Source of the DNA: Camelus ferus | Taxonomy: Eukaryota | Direction: 5' to 3' | Length of the DNA stretch: 64,000 nt | NCBI RefSeq assembly: GCF_009834535.1 | Contig: NC_045696.1 | Coordinates: 45,076,001 to 45,140,000, forward strand | Part shown: positions 1 through 12,720 of the stretch, in pieces | Layout: every line of letters starts with the position of its first letter | Position numbering within the stretch: position 1 is the first letter of the stretch | The notes under the pieces: generated by a model | What the model saw: only the letters and a program-made list of their open reading frames with translations | Told to the model about the DNA's origin: nothing | Database searches by the model: none | Translations under genes and position numbers: made by a program

Positions 1-1439
1 ACTTTTGAAGTTCTGACCTAAACATGCAAAACAATGTAGGTAAAACTGGGCCTAATTTAAGCTTCTGACTTATAAATTCAGACATCGGGGCAACTTGATT
101 TTTTTTGGTGTGAATCCTTCCTCAGGCATCCCCTAACTGTGCACACTGAAGCAGAAAGTAGAGTGGAGAATGGAAGAAGGCCCTTTCCTTCTCATTAACC
201 TATGCAAGCTAGAGTGAGGCGGTTGTTCCCCGGCCTCCGCTGCACCCAGTGCGATGGTTACAGCACGGCAAGGGTTGGTTACTGCTCTGTGCTCTGGTAC
301 CAGCTGAAGAGCTGGTCCAGTCCACCTGCCTCATTTGGGTCACCCCAAAACATAAGGTGAAACCATCATTAGAAGCAGTCACACATTTAGTTTTTCAAGG
401 AGACAAACAGGTGCAGAATAATCTTAGGAAAGTATTAAACATTTCTCTTTCAAAAATGTTAGTTGAAAATTGCTGTACTGAACAAAGAGATGTAAAGCGC
501 TGGTTAATTTTTTAAGTGGAGTTTTAAAAATACACAGACATTCCATGGCACTGCTTGAAGTCTGTCCATGTGAACTTATTACCTGTTCTAAAGTTATAAC
601 ATATTAAAAAATAAAAAAAGTAAAATCCCATCAGCTGTTACTTGCTGTCTCTAAAACAAGACAGAAATACAGGGAGTTCAACAATGATTTCTTTCCTTCA
701 AAGTTTCACTAAAGGATGACTAAATTTAACCCAATCCAGAGATGTGAAACATTGCTGTGTTAAATTATGAACACTCAGAAAACAAGGCGTTAGGCACAAC
801 CTTCAGACCTCCTGTTGCAAGTCATTAACTAAAACATTTGACCCTACAGACCACAGTAAAAATAGAAATGTTATCACAAATCATACTGTTTGGGGGTTAA
901 GAGCTGGCTGAATGGGGACTTAAGTCTGTTTTTCCCCCCCATCTGTAGTCAGAACCAGATGTTAGATATTGAGGTCAGGGGTGGGGAAGGAAACTTCCTC
1001 TTTTAAAACCCAAGAACTGCCCTGTTTTCCCCACTTACTGCTTATTTTGACTGACATGGGTTTATGCAAACATACAAGGTTTCAAATGAAAAGCTGCAGC
1101 CTAGATGTCAAAATCTCCTGTTACTGAATGTGGGGGTGGAGGGAGGTCAGGAATTTAAAGAGGTTTTTATGGTTTGGTTTCATTTTGTTTTGTTTGGGGG
1201 ATGACAGGGCATCACAGAGAAAGCCAAAAACTGACTTAAGTTGGACTCCTCAAAAGAGCACCACACAGTGGTACACAGCAGCAAGGAAGTACCCAGTTCC
1301 TTAAACAAAAAATTACATACATACATACAAATTACATCCATACAGGTCAATACTTCTAAAAAGAAGAAATGGTGAAAGGTAAAATGAGGTCTCCAGGGTG
1401 ATAATTTGTTGCTAATTTGTCAAGATCTAATCAACAACA

Positions 1440-1690
1440 TGTCTAGATGGAAAAAGGGAATGTATAAGAATGACCAGAGTGATAAAGATGGAAATACATA
1501 GGAAAAAATGGCTGTGGGAGAAAAAAAAAACCAAAAAAACATGGTAAATAATGAGGAAGAACAAAGAAAAACAAGTTCCCCCAACTGAGAGAATGAAAAA
1601 AAGGAAAAACACCAAGAAGGAATTAACAAAATAAAGAGTAGGGAAAAGCAAACAAGGATTTAACGTAGAAGTTATAAAAGAGAACATTTA
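1440..1690 (+). repeat. A/G-rich low-complexity tract
   Basis: Strongly purine-rich sequence. It explains the Phe/Leu/Ser-rich spurious minus-strand ORFs at 1420-1687. Confidence 0.6.
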
Positions 1691-1810
1691 CGCATGAAAA
1701 AGCTACCTTTTGGCAGTCATTACGTTTTCATTAACTACATATAATAGGCATAATTAGTACACATTGGTTAAACAGATGAAGCAATAGTTACAACACTAAG
1801 TTTTAGTGTC

Positions 1811-1835
1811 ATATATATATATATACACACACACA
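1811..1835. repeat. (TA)n(CA)n microsatellite
   Basis: atatatatatatatacacacacaca seen directly. Confidence 0.9.
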
Positions 1836-1914
1836 GACTAGTCCCATCCACAAGTAAAACACTTCAATAAGCAAAAATAAAAAGGCATTTCAACATTTGA
1901 TCAGAAATAATATT

Positions 1915-2040
1915 TGTCCAATGTTACCTCTGGGTGGTAAGATTACATACATGTGATTTTATTCTACTGTTTATACTCATACTACCAAATTTTCTATAAG
2001 GAGTATGTATTCACCCTATAATCCAAAGAAGAATAAAACC
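1915..2040 (+). mobile_element. Old L1M (L1ME/L1MC-like) 3' end fragment
   Basis: tgttacctctgggtggtaagatta...ccaaattttcta...atgtattcac...aataaaa resembles ancient L1 3' termini. Confidence 0.5.
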
Positions 2041-2559
2041 CAGTGTTAAACACTCAGTTTTGAGGTCTGAGTGGGACACCACACGAAAGAATGCTCTCCT
2101 AGCACATCACAGGCCTTGAATTGGTGGCTACACTAATCTCCCCTCCCCCAACCAACTTGGAATCAGGTGTGTATAGTCTTAAAGCTGCCGTCATGACTGA
2201 GAAACCTCCTCCAGGGAAGTCCTTCACCAATCTCCAAAATCAACATCCACATTTTAAAAGAAAAGAACAAGTCTACTATATTGAAATATTTCGGAGTTTC
2301 AATCTGTCAGGTACTGTACCCATTTTTGCTTCAGATCAATTATTGTTTTAAAAGGATGTCCGCAAAGACCTTATTTCTGAAGAAGGTAGGAATAAAACAG
2401 CCCTCCGTTATAAAAGAGCAAGATTTTAACAAATAATCAGAGGAATTCTATTCAAATGTCCTTTTTTGTTTTCAAAGGATATCTACCTTGCACCTTTGGA
2501 CCATTAACAGTCTATGAAGAATAAACAAGTTGTAACCCACCAACAAATATTTACCGAAT

Positions 2560-2982
2560 AAATTATGAAGCAGCTACAAATTCCTCTCAAGCCTGTACTG
2601 CATGTACTTTTGCAACGTGACCGCTCCCTTCCATCAAGAAGTGGACTCTCTTGCTCCGCCCCGTTAATCAAGGCTTGGTCATGTGACTCGCTTAGGCCAA
2701 TGAGCCACAGGCCTATGAGCGCCTTGCCTCATTGGGCCCTTCTCTTGCAGCTGGAAGCAATTATGCAATCATCTAATCATGCCCAGGCTATCCTTTTTGA
2801 GGACACAGCCATCAAGCTGAGGCCCCAGACACACGAAGTGGGGCTATCCTAGGCTATCCAGCCTCAGCTGAGCAGCCCAGACCACAGGAACCACCAGCCA
2901 AACCTAAGACGCATGAGAAATAATAACCAATCATTCCTGTAAGCCACTAGGTTCTCTATGCAACAAAATCAATCTGATATAG
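2560..2982 (+). mobile_element. MaLR solo LTR (MLT1G/H-like)
   Basis: Diagnostic MLT1 segments: ccatcaagaagtggactc, ttggtcatgtgactcgcttaggccaatg, catgagaaataata...taagccactag...tatgcaacaaaa...ctgatata. Confidence 0.7.
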
Positions 2983-3129
2983 ACACTAAGTACTAAACAT
3001 TAAATACCACCTATAAAGCACCCAGCATAGTACCTGGCATCTGTGATCACTTTATAAATGTTACCATTGAATTCTTTATTTCAAGTCCTTCCAAGAATAC
3101 AAAAAAGTATGGTCATCTTCAGAAAATCT

Positions 3130-3290
3130 GAGGCTTCTTAAAATGCTGAGGACTGGGCTCCACCTCCAGAGTTTCTGATTCAGTGACTGCGGCAGAGCCT
3201 GAGAATCTGCCTCTCCAGCAGGTTTCCCAGGAGCTGCTGCTGCGGCTGATACTGCAGGTTGGCAGATCCCATTTTGCAAAACACCACCCT
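3130..3290 (+). mobile_element. MER5A-like hAT-Charlie element
   Basis: gggctccacctccagagtttctgattcagt...gcctgagaatctgc...ccagcaggtttcccaggagctgctg resembles MER5A. Confidence 0.7.
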
Positions 3291-4084
3291 AAGAGTTTAC
3301 AGTCTCCATCATTCATCCAGCAAATAACTTCTTAAACACACCCTAGGTTCACAAAGGTGCTAGCCTGAAGACTACGGAAAGACAACCTGTGTAGTAGTAA
3401 GACACGTTCAGGTGCTGAGGGGGCCAGAGACGCGCCTAGGGACAGGCTTGTGTGTGCGTTTGGGAGGTAACAGATGTGGGCTGGAGAGCAGCGGTCAGCT
3501 TACACCCGCCTCTGCCCGAAGAGCACCAAAAGCACGCTTTTCTCAAATACCCGAGACCCTATGTTTGGCCTACAGTATTTTTTCAATATTTCTTTTTCCC
3601 TTCTGTGACATTCTGAAAATTTTATTTCTAAACCATTGGTCTAATCTGTACTTTGCTATCAATGCTATTGATAAAGTATGCTTTGTAATGTATATTGTCG
3701 TTGTAACTCCAACCACATAGGCCTGTGCAACCTTCTCCCAGACAATGACCCATGTTATAAACACAAGCACTTATGGCTCCTGCTATAGAAATGGCATGGC
3801 GTTAACTCATCTTAATGCATTTTCAGCTGAATTATCTTTGCCTAATGTGCTTTCAGATACTGAGCGTGAGTTCTAGAACACACAAATGTGTCTGATTCCT
3901 AGCTCTTCATTTCTCTTATGTTATAACTGAGGTAATGACTGAATCTCAGCTATGAACTCACACATTTCCAGTGTTAAAAGAGAGAAAATATTTGTCATTT
4001 TCTGGACTAAGCAGCCAAGGAACATGATTGTATGGGTACTTCTGACATACCAAAATAAAAGTATGGGATGTCCTAATAAAAACA

Positions 4085-4185
4085 TTTGACTGTAAGTCCA
4101 AAGATCAGAATTCTGGTTCTCTTTTGTGGATCTTGGACAAATCACTTAATCTCTTTGGTTTGAGTCACTCATTCCTCATCTTAAA
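4085..4185. mobile_element. MIR fragment
   Basis: atcttggacaaatcacttaatctct...ttcctcatct MIR core. Confidence 0.55.
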
Positions 4186-4215
4186 AAAAAAAAAAAGGGT
4201 GGGGGAGTTGGTGAT

Positions 4216-4391
4216 CAGTGGTTCTCAACCTGCCTTTGTTTTACAATCACTTGGCTGTTTTATAAAATCTCATGCTCAGACAATACCCTAGGAACAATTA
4301 AACCAGAACTTTTGGGGGCAGGCCCAAGATATCAGAGTTGCTTGGGGTTCCCCAAGTGATACCAATGTGCAGCCAAGGATGAAAACCACTG
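4216..4391. mobile_element. MER5 (MER5B-like) hAT element
   Basis: Terminal inverted repeats cagtggttctcaa ... gaaaaccactg with a MER5-like interior. Confidence 0.7.
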
Positions 4392-4404
4392 AGCTTGTAA
4401 CACT

Positions 4405-4568
4405 CGGTGGTTCCCAAGAAGGGCCGCACAGCAGAACCAGCTGAAAAGCTGGTGCAGCCTCCCACGGCCAGGGCCCACTCCAGCCCAAGTCAGTCAGAGC
4501 CTCACAGGGCATCAGGCACCGGTGAAGCTCTCCTGGTGATTCTGATGGATCATGGCTATGAACCACTG
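4405..4568. mobile_element. Second adjacent MER5-like element
   Basis: cggtggttcccaa ... ctctcctggtgattctgat ... gaaccactg; TIR-like ends and MER5 motifs. Confidence 0.55.
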
Positions 4569-6228
4569 TCAAGACTCACAAGTTTAATTTACAGAAAAAT
4601 TAACTTCAAAATTCTTTAATTGGCAAGCTCTTATCTGGTTACAACAGGCATGCTGATAAAAACCTGGAATTATATACAAATTTCTAGGAAAAGAAAATAC
4701 ACAGAAAACCACTGACCCCAATCCAAAAGTGTGAGCCAAGTAACATCCCAAGGACACCTGCTGATAATTCTGAAACAAATCCCCGATGTGATCTGACCTA
4801 CTGGGAAATTACAATTATAGCATACTGACCACACAGACAGACAGAGCCCAAGTGTAAAGACATATAATTTGGGTTTTAGAAAACTACTGCACAACTCAAC
4901 AACCAAAAAACAAACTGTCAAACTCAAACGCATACTTTAAGAAGGAATAATGTTGACTGACCTGGCTTATTCAAGTACCTGAAGAGAAAGAGAGAATCCT
5001 ACTTCAGCAGGTTTAAAAAAAAAATCCTGGGAAGAGATTTAAAACACTCAGACTTCTTAAATGTGTGACTAATGAGTTTTTAGGAAAAAAAAAAAAACTT
5101 TTAAAATCACTCATGACTTGAGCAGGTCAAAAGCCAAATTTTAGACAGGATTTACCCTCTCTCTGGCACTGACAGACTGGCTTATTAATAAAAGTAATCT
5201 TTAAAAAAACCCAGGAAAATAACATAAAAAGCAGCAACAGCCATTATTAACACATAAATGGCCTATAACTTTAATAGCTTCCAAAGCCCAGGTGTAGGAG
5301 ACAAAACAATACTTAATCACTGTGTTGAATATCGTACTTATAAAAGTGGAAAAAGGCAGTATTTTTAATGAGAAATCATATTTTTTTAAGATTTCAATGT
5401 AGTATAGACTATTTAAAATGTCTAGCTACTTACAGGATAATGAACTCAAAGGGTACAGTGAGTAATCCTCTAACAAGTGGCTAGTCAAATTAGTCATTTG
5501 GCCTTTTCATCAGACCTTAAGACAGGTCTGAACAATTTTAATTTTCACTTTATAAAGAACTTTGTTGTGCTTAACCACATCACTGAATTCATTTACATGC
5601 AATGGTCTTCTCCCTCCACACAGCATGGTGCGGTGAACAGCTCGGGGACTTCCCAAAATGGGCTGGGCTTGGCCCACTACTCATTTTGGAGGCACGTTTG
5701 CAAGGTGGTGGTGTAGTTGTCTGGGCAGGGGCAAGACACAACTCTAAGTTAACCTAGTGCCAGCAACAACATTTTGTTAAAACTCCTGAAGGTAAGAATG
5801 AAGGCTGGCATTTACTCAAAAACAGGCTTCAGAAATGGTGACAGGCTGAGGACTCCACCTCTGTCAGCAGGACACCCTGCGCTGTAACCTAGGATGGAAT
5901 CCTGAAAGCTGCCAGGGATGTCTCGGATAAGATGAGGAGGTGGCCTGGCTTGTAACAGGGAGGAGAAACAGATTTCTTCAAATAATAAAGGGAAACATAC
6001 ACACCTGAATCAGAGATGATAAAAACAGCAATTTGCCAAAAATAATCAGCTGAGTCATATTAATAACTTTCAGGATAATCCTGTAAGCAAGCCACTAACG
6101 TGAGATAAATTAAAAATACCTCAAGGAGAAACTCCCACACCCACATACGCCTACATCAGACTGAACGTCAGATTCCTGCTCTTCATTATTTGGTCCTTGC
6201 CTCTAGCCTTGTTCCTTACCGCAACCTT

Positions 6229-6261
6229 CACACAAACACAAACACACACACACAAACACAC
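6229..6261. repeat. Imperfect (CA)n microsatellite
   Basis: cacacaaacacaaacacacacacacaaacacac seen directly. Confidence 0.85.
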
Positions 6262-8184
6262 GATTTACAGTCACCTAAAGGGGGTTCAGTTTCAGGCAAC
6301 AGTGTCCCTTGTCACATCTAATGCCCTCCAGCTGAAATAGTTCTCAGTTTGCGTCTGAGTCTTACTGATTCCTCCCTGGCCTTACGCAAAACGGTTCATG
6401 ATCTTAAGTACATCTTTCTGAAAAAAAGAATCTGTAGGTCTCCACTAGATTCTTCAAGGTGTGTGTCAGCCAAAAGAGGTTAGAAACCCACTCTCTTCAG
6501 AGCTGTCGACCAAAAACTTAAGTGAAAGTTCTACAATGTGCAGGTGTCAAATACCAAATTAAAATCCAGACATGAATGTCTGCCACCAATGCAGGTCCCA
6601 CGGAGTTTCCAAGGGACTCACAGCCAGGACCAAAAGGTGACAAAAATGTTCAAATCCCAAAAGAGTCCACCCATAAAAATCACTCACTTGTTCCCATGTT
6701 TTGGGAGAGAAGGTCAGAAGAAGGGACAAGGGAGATGGTCGCTGGTTCCGTCCAGGCATACCTTCAGTCATACTCCAGGATGCAACCAGCCGAGCTGAAT
6801 AAAGCAGCTCAGACATTTCATAGTATCAGAGGATTCTACTACTAAATTACTTGCTCTCTAAAACATTTAGAAGACACTAAAATTTGCATTTAATAATAGA
6901 TAAAAATTTACTGAAGTTAGCAAGGGGATTACCATGTGAATAAAGAAGTTAGTATTTTTCTTGGAATTTATAAATATAATGTATATATTTTAATATAGTA
7001 TTTGATTTCATTCCAGTTTAATTTAATGGTTTTATTCTAAAGACTGGGACAACTCACTGGCTTAGATACTGAGGCAAGTTACCTTTAAACCTATGGTGTT
7101 GATGAAAATTAAATTAGAGAAATCAGTAGAGCCTTCCTGCCAGCCAATGCTCTCATGCATAGTCATTTTAGGTACAAATTTTGGTTACTGAGGATATTCA
7201 GTGAGCAAGCAATTTCAGGTAATTTGCTAGTTGTATAATTTTTAGTTGTGATAATTACCCAAGAGATTTAGAATATACAATTTGTAGAATAACTATGGAA
7301 CCTCTATTTATGCCTTCAGGCTAAACATTTCAGGAGAGAAACTGAATTTACGAGGTTTATTTTTCAAGCCCCCACCGAGTTACCTTCGTATGGCAGTTTG
7401 TAGGTCTCTGACTCCTGGCCAGAACCACTATTTGCTATCAAACACAGCTTCTTTCAAGGTGGCAAGGGTATCACGGACACTCAGAACTGATTTTCAGGGA
7501 CTGAACCACCTCCTCATGATTCCCAAAGCTCAGTAAAAAGGAGCACGCCCGCCATCTTCCTGGGCTGAAAGTCAGGTGGGTCATATAGCTAAGTTGTGGC
7601 GCAACTGGGCCTTCCTCAGCTGTGTCCTGGAATCCTTTAAAGTGCTAATCTTCATTATTTGTTGTTATTCCAACAGGTTGGGGGTGGGGGAGTAGAGAGG
7701 GAGGAAGCACTGCATTCTTAGTGGAATACAAAATTCAAATAATCTGAAGTTGATTCACGTGACAAATAAAGCTGGGTATATATTCTTAAAGATAAAGGAG
7801 TAAACTTAAATTTTATTATGTTTTACCCCTTGAGGTACTTTTTTTTAACTTATTTTTTCATTACACTCTTTATCAAAGTTACGTTTTCCCCTCAAAAATG
7901 TATTGCTCGCTTAAAGATAATTGAACCTAGGAACAGTCACTGGAACTAGCAAGACAGTCAATTACAAGAGTAGTTCCTAGGTTAATGCTGGAAGTTCCTT
8001 CGATTCATTCAAGAACTTGTGTTTTTCTCTCTTAAGTTAAACTTTATTCCACTAAATTAATTATTAATTAAAAATTAGCAGTTCTCACATAGCACACTGA
8101 CTGCACACTTAAAGCCCCTGCCTCCAGCATTGTTAATATGTATAAATCATAGAAGACTTGAAAAAAAATGACTTCCTAAACCTT

Positions 8185-8630
8185 CACTGTGGTATAGCGG
8201 CAGGCACGAGGTGCCTGTGCTATTCAGTGCTTCAAATGTCATTAGTCTAAACCGAGATCTGCTATAAGTGCAAATATGTACACACTGGATTTCCAAGAAT
8301 TTGTATAAAAAATGTAAAATATTAAGAATTTGTTACATTGATTACATGTTGAAATAACATTTTATGTTAAACAAAATGTAATTTTTAAATTAACTTCATC
8401 TGCTTCCTTTTACTTTTAAAAGTACTGCTATTAGACCATTTAAAACTGTAAGTGCCTTGACGGGGAGGATACAGCACAAGAGCTAGAGTGCAAGGGCCTG
8501 GGCTCAATCCCCAGCACTTCCTCTAAAAATAAACAGGTAAACCCTCCCCCAGCCAAAAAGAAAAAAGAAAAAAAGTTAAAAAAAAAAAATTTCAGGTGCC
8601 TTGCATTGTGTTTCAATTGACAGTGTTGTC
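8185..8630. mobile_element. MER33-like hAT-Charlie element interrupted by a SINE
   Basis: gagatctgctataagtgcaaa...cacactggatttccaaga...attgattacatgttgaaa... and resumption after the SINE (gcattgtgtttcaattgacagtgttg) match MER33. Confidence 0.65.
8462..8589 (+). mobile_element. Vic-1-like camelid tRNA-derived SINE (internally deleted)
   Basis: ggggaggatacagc...tagagtgca..gcctgggctcaatccccagcacttcc..aaaaataaac...cctccccc plus A-tail. gtgccttg is repeated on both sides (degenerate TSD). Confidence 0.75.
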
Positions 8631-8703
8631 CTTTGAGCTCATCTGCTCCCACTTTTTGTTGTATCTAGTGCTTTGTTTCCATTTTTCTTTAGTTTCTGTC
8701 TCC

Positions 8704-8871
8704 CACAGGGAACTATGTTCAACATCTTGTAATAATCTTTAATGAAAAAAAATGAAAACAAATATATGGATGTATATGCATGACTGGGACATTGTGCTGT
8801 ACACCAGAAACTGTCACATTGTAACTGACTGTATTTCAATTAAAAAAAAAAGTTCAATTAAAAAAAAAAAA
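8704..8871 (+). mobile_element. Truncated L1 3' end (cetartiodactyl/camelid type) with doubled tail
   Basis: cacagggaactatgttcaacatcttgta...tgctgtacaccagaaact...gtaactgactgtatttcaatt(A)n; homologous to the copies at 19927 and 45115. Confidence 0.85.
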
Positions 8872-9019
8872 GTCCTTGAATCCACTTAGATATTCCTCTA
8901 CTGTACAACAGCTGTTCCTCTACCCTCTACAGTATCCTATCTCTAATACCCTTGGTTACCAATACTTAGAAAAATAACCAACACTACATTCCTCAGCTGG
9001 TCTTCCTCACCACACAGTA

Positions 9020-9830
9020 ACTCCCACATCCACCACCACAATAACTGTTCTTCAGAAGTCAGACCCTCGCCATCTCTTACCCAGTCCATAACCATGTACC
9101 TCCTGGTTCCTCTGCCTCCAATTGATCCCCTCTGAAACATTTGCATACTTTCCCTATGATTATTTTTCTAAAGCACAGGTCTGAGCACTTCATTTACCTC
9201 CTGAAATAAATGTCAGTGGTACCCTAATTTTTATATAAAGTCCACATTTCCAAACATGGCATTCATTCTCTCTAGCCTGAACTGACAATCCCAGCCACAT
9301 TTTTCATTGCATCTCTTCTTAAAATATCTGACTGACTTTTTATACTATTACTTAGAATTCCCGGGAACACCAGGCACACTCAGAACCCCTTATCTTTACA
9401 CGTCCTGTTGCTTCAGACTGCAGGACCCCTCCCTCACAAGGGTGCTTATCCAAATCCCACTCGCCCCTTAGTGAAGCTGTCTCCAGTCCCCGAAGCTGCA
9501 GTTAATCACTCTGCACTCTACAGCCCCACACCACTTTGCCAGCATAAACAGTGCAGCACTTAGAGTTTTCATTCCCTTGAATTTTATCACATATCCATCT
9601 CCTCTGCTGTGATTCTTTAAAAAAAAAAAAAAATGAAAGGGAGGGAGGGAGGAAGGGAGGCTAGAAGGAAGGGAGAGACAGAGGGAGTAAAAGGAAAAAA
9701 AAATATAAAAAGATTATTAAGGAGAGGAAGCAGGTCATGTTGATCACTATGTGCCCACAGTACCTGTTCTCATGATCTGCACGTAGCAGGCACTCAAGAG
9801 GATAAATGTTTGCTAAATAAAGAATAACGT
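9020..9830 (+). mobile_element. L2 3' region (degraded, interrupted by an A/GA-rich tract at ~9618-9710)
   Basis: tttttctaaagcacaggtctga...ataaagtccacatt...catggcattc and the L2 terminus gcacgtagcaggcactcaa...aaatgtttgctaaataaa. Confidence 0.6.
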
Positions 9831-9897
9831 GAATGGAATTTCTGGTTTTAAAAACTCAAGAAATTCAAAGAGATTTTCAATTCTTACTTTAACAGGG

Positions 9898-9944
9898 CAT
9901 TATATATAATATGTGTTGAGGACATTATATATAAGATGTGTTGA
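9898..9944. repeat. Short tandem duplication, period 25
   Basis: cattatatataatatgtgttga (9898-9919) / cattatatataagatgtgttga (9923-9944). Confidence 0.9.
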
Positions 9945-10809
9945 ATAACTGAATTACCTATCTACTCAGGTAGACAGACATCTTTTGCCTGGAAAGGTTT
10001 CAATAGACATAACCATCTTTACCACACAAATGAAATTTTAGGACAATGAACACAGTCCTCCAAGGAAAGCTACCTATATTCTCAAATACAGAACAACTCC
10101 ACTTCAAAGCAAAAGTAGATCTTGTTACTTTATCCATATGGTCTAATGAACTGACACATTAAAACATCTCATAAAAGGCAGAGATGGTAAGTCTGAGATC
10201 CCTATCTTTTATCAGCAAGCAGATATTCTTTTTAAAGGTCACGAAGATACGATGAGCCTTAAACCCCTCACTAAGCGCTGCCCAATAGCTAGTTGAAAAG
10301 CAACAACCCTCTTCAAAAAAAAAAAAAGAAAAAAAAAGATACACCACAGGAAAACAGTACATGTTAAACCAGGGTATTTTTAAGTTAAAAATGAATGGGT
10401 AGAAATTTCAAAAAAAAAAAGAAATGCAGGAAAAAAATGTTGAAAACTGTTAAAATATAGATCAATAATATAGAAATGTTTGGAAACTAAATTTTAATTT
10501 ACCAGAATTAAAGAAGCTTAAATAAAGCCAATTCTAGCTATGGATTTGTGTAAAATATTCACTGTTAACTTTCAATTTAAAAAAAAAAAAAAACACCTTT
10601 TTTGAAGCAACTCATTTTCATTACAAACCTAAAAGTGGAACCATATGAATTACTAAGCTACTTTTGTTGAGCTACTGAGAAACACAAATCTAGATTCTTT
10701 TAAGCTTACTCACTGTCTAACTACAACAATGAATTTAACAAATAGTGAACTAAATATTTAATACAAAGATTATTCAGAATAATTGCTTTTGAAGTAGACT
10801 CTTAACACA

Positions 10810-10980
10810 TCAATACTGAGCTGGAAAGAACTTTAAAGAGCATGTGGTCTAACTTTAGGAATTCACAGATAAGCAAAAAGGCCCAGGAAACTTGCTTGAC
10901 ATCACACAACTGGCTGGAAGCATAACCAGGACTAGACTGGGAATCTCAAAATACCTCAGTCAGTACTCATTCATTATGCT
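10810..10980. mobile_element. MIR fragment
   Basis: gagctggaaagaactttaaag...acagataagcaaa...ggcccagg...cttgcttgacatcacacaactgg. Confidence 0.55.
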
Positions 10981-12094
10981 ATCGCTGTGTGTGTAATAAA
11001 TGTGTCACTGTTTCATGTAATAAAATCAGAAAACAAGTCCCCAAGAAGGAATCTACGTTTACAAAACTTTTCCCAAAAGATAGTGCTGATCCTTGGTCTG
11101 GGCTGGGCTACTCAGGTTTCAGTACTGAAATCTCTCTTTCAGTGAGCCTTCCTTCTAAAACCAATAGGAAAGGGTTTTCCACATAAATTTCAAAAGAAAA
11201 AAAATTAATTTCCCATCCTTCTACAAAAATTATTAGAATTTTTACCTAAAATGTTTTTTTAAATACTTAAGAACCCTCCCCCAACTTGTCTTAAACAGCA
11301 TTACCTTAACATAAAAACTATACAAACTCAGTGAAATGACTAACTTTATTTTCCCTATCTCAAACTTCATGTCGTGCCTGATCTCTGTCCCATATGCTTT
11401 AGAAATACTTGTTTCTCTAAGGATCTGTATGTGCATGTGTTTTACAGTCTATTTTAGTGGCAAAACTGTCCAAGTAATCATCCATTCACCACAGATACCA
11501 TTGGGGCAACCTCTGTGTTTTCATAATCTAAACTTTTCATCGGTTTCTTACCATTGACTTTTTTGTGTCATTGTACTGGATTTATCCATCTATACTCCTA
11601 AGTGTCATGAAAGAATCATAATTCCTATTTCTTTTGTTTCTCCCCAAACGCTTTGTGCATAGTAGATACATACTAGCTGTTCTTAGAGAAACAGAATCTA
11701 TCATTTGGATCACAGTCTTCAAACCACCAGCAATAACACATTCAATTTAAAGTACTTTAAAGATGAGAATAGCATTAGTAGATGTTACTCATTTCTAACA
11801 CTTCCAAAAATCAAATCATTATTATTATTTGTTGTTGTTTAGTTGGTTTTATTTTCTTTATAGAAACTGGTAACTATTAATACAAAAGCTTTCCTGTGAC
11901 AATTTAAAAAATCACTTTAGGACAAATCCAAGACTAAACTAAATTCAAATACTAGGATAACTGAAAGTAAACTAAGAAAAATTCCTAAAACTAAGTAATA
12001 GAAAACATAATTGTAGCTTTTAGATTATAAGATCAGAATCAATGCTATCTGCCAGTTGCTTAAATGACAACACAAAATAACCCACCATTAAATG

Positions 12095-12195
12095 GATTCA
12101 TTCATTCATTTACTCATCAAACACTTATTGAGTTTGGCTATCTGTCCAGCACACTCCTGGGCAACAGTGATACAGTAGTGAATGTACAGAAAGAC
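12095..12195 (-). mobile_element. L2 3' terminus
   Basis: attcattcattcatttactcatcaaacacttattgag...ctatctgtccagcac.. Confidence 0.6.
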
Positions 12196-12475
12196 ACTTG
12201 GATAAATGAAAGGAGAGTCATATCAAAACAGATAGACAAATAAAAAAATTACTTTGGTTTTATTATACTTGACTTTGTTACAGTAAAATCAGAGATTTTT
12301 TTTTTAAAGAACTACAAAAGCAACAATACTCCATCTGCAAAGAGCTCAGAAAACAAATATATATAAAACTTGAGTTCAATCATAGGAGATTATTAAAATT
12401 GTCCAACTGAATGACATGAATGGAGTATCATTACTTCAAAAATATCATTGGTATCAGTAATCATTTGACTTAATA

Positions 12476-12720
12476 ATGGGTACATGTCATCATACACGTG
12501 TCCAAACCGAAAGAATGTACAACACTGAGACTGAACTATATAACGTGAACTATGAACTCTGGCTGATTACGCTCTATCAACTTAGGTTCATCAGTCATAA
12601 CAAACTTGCCACCCTGGCGGGAGATGGTGATAATGCGGGAGGCTATGCTTGTGTCAAGACAGGGAGTATATGGGAAAGTTCTGTACCTTCGCCTCATTTT
12701 TGCTGTGAACCTTATAAAGC
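12476..12720 (+). mobile_element. L1MC-like 3' end
   Basis: atgggtacatgtcatcatac...gaatgtacaacac...ggagatggtgataatgcgggaggctatgc...tatatgggaaa..ctgtaccttc...ttttgctgtgaacct resembles the L1MC1 3' UTR. Confidence 0.75.
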
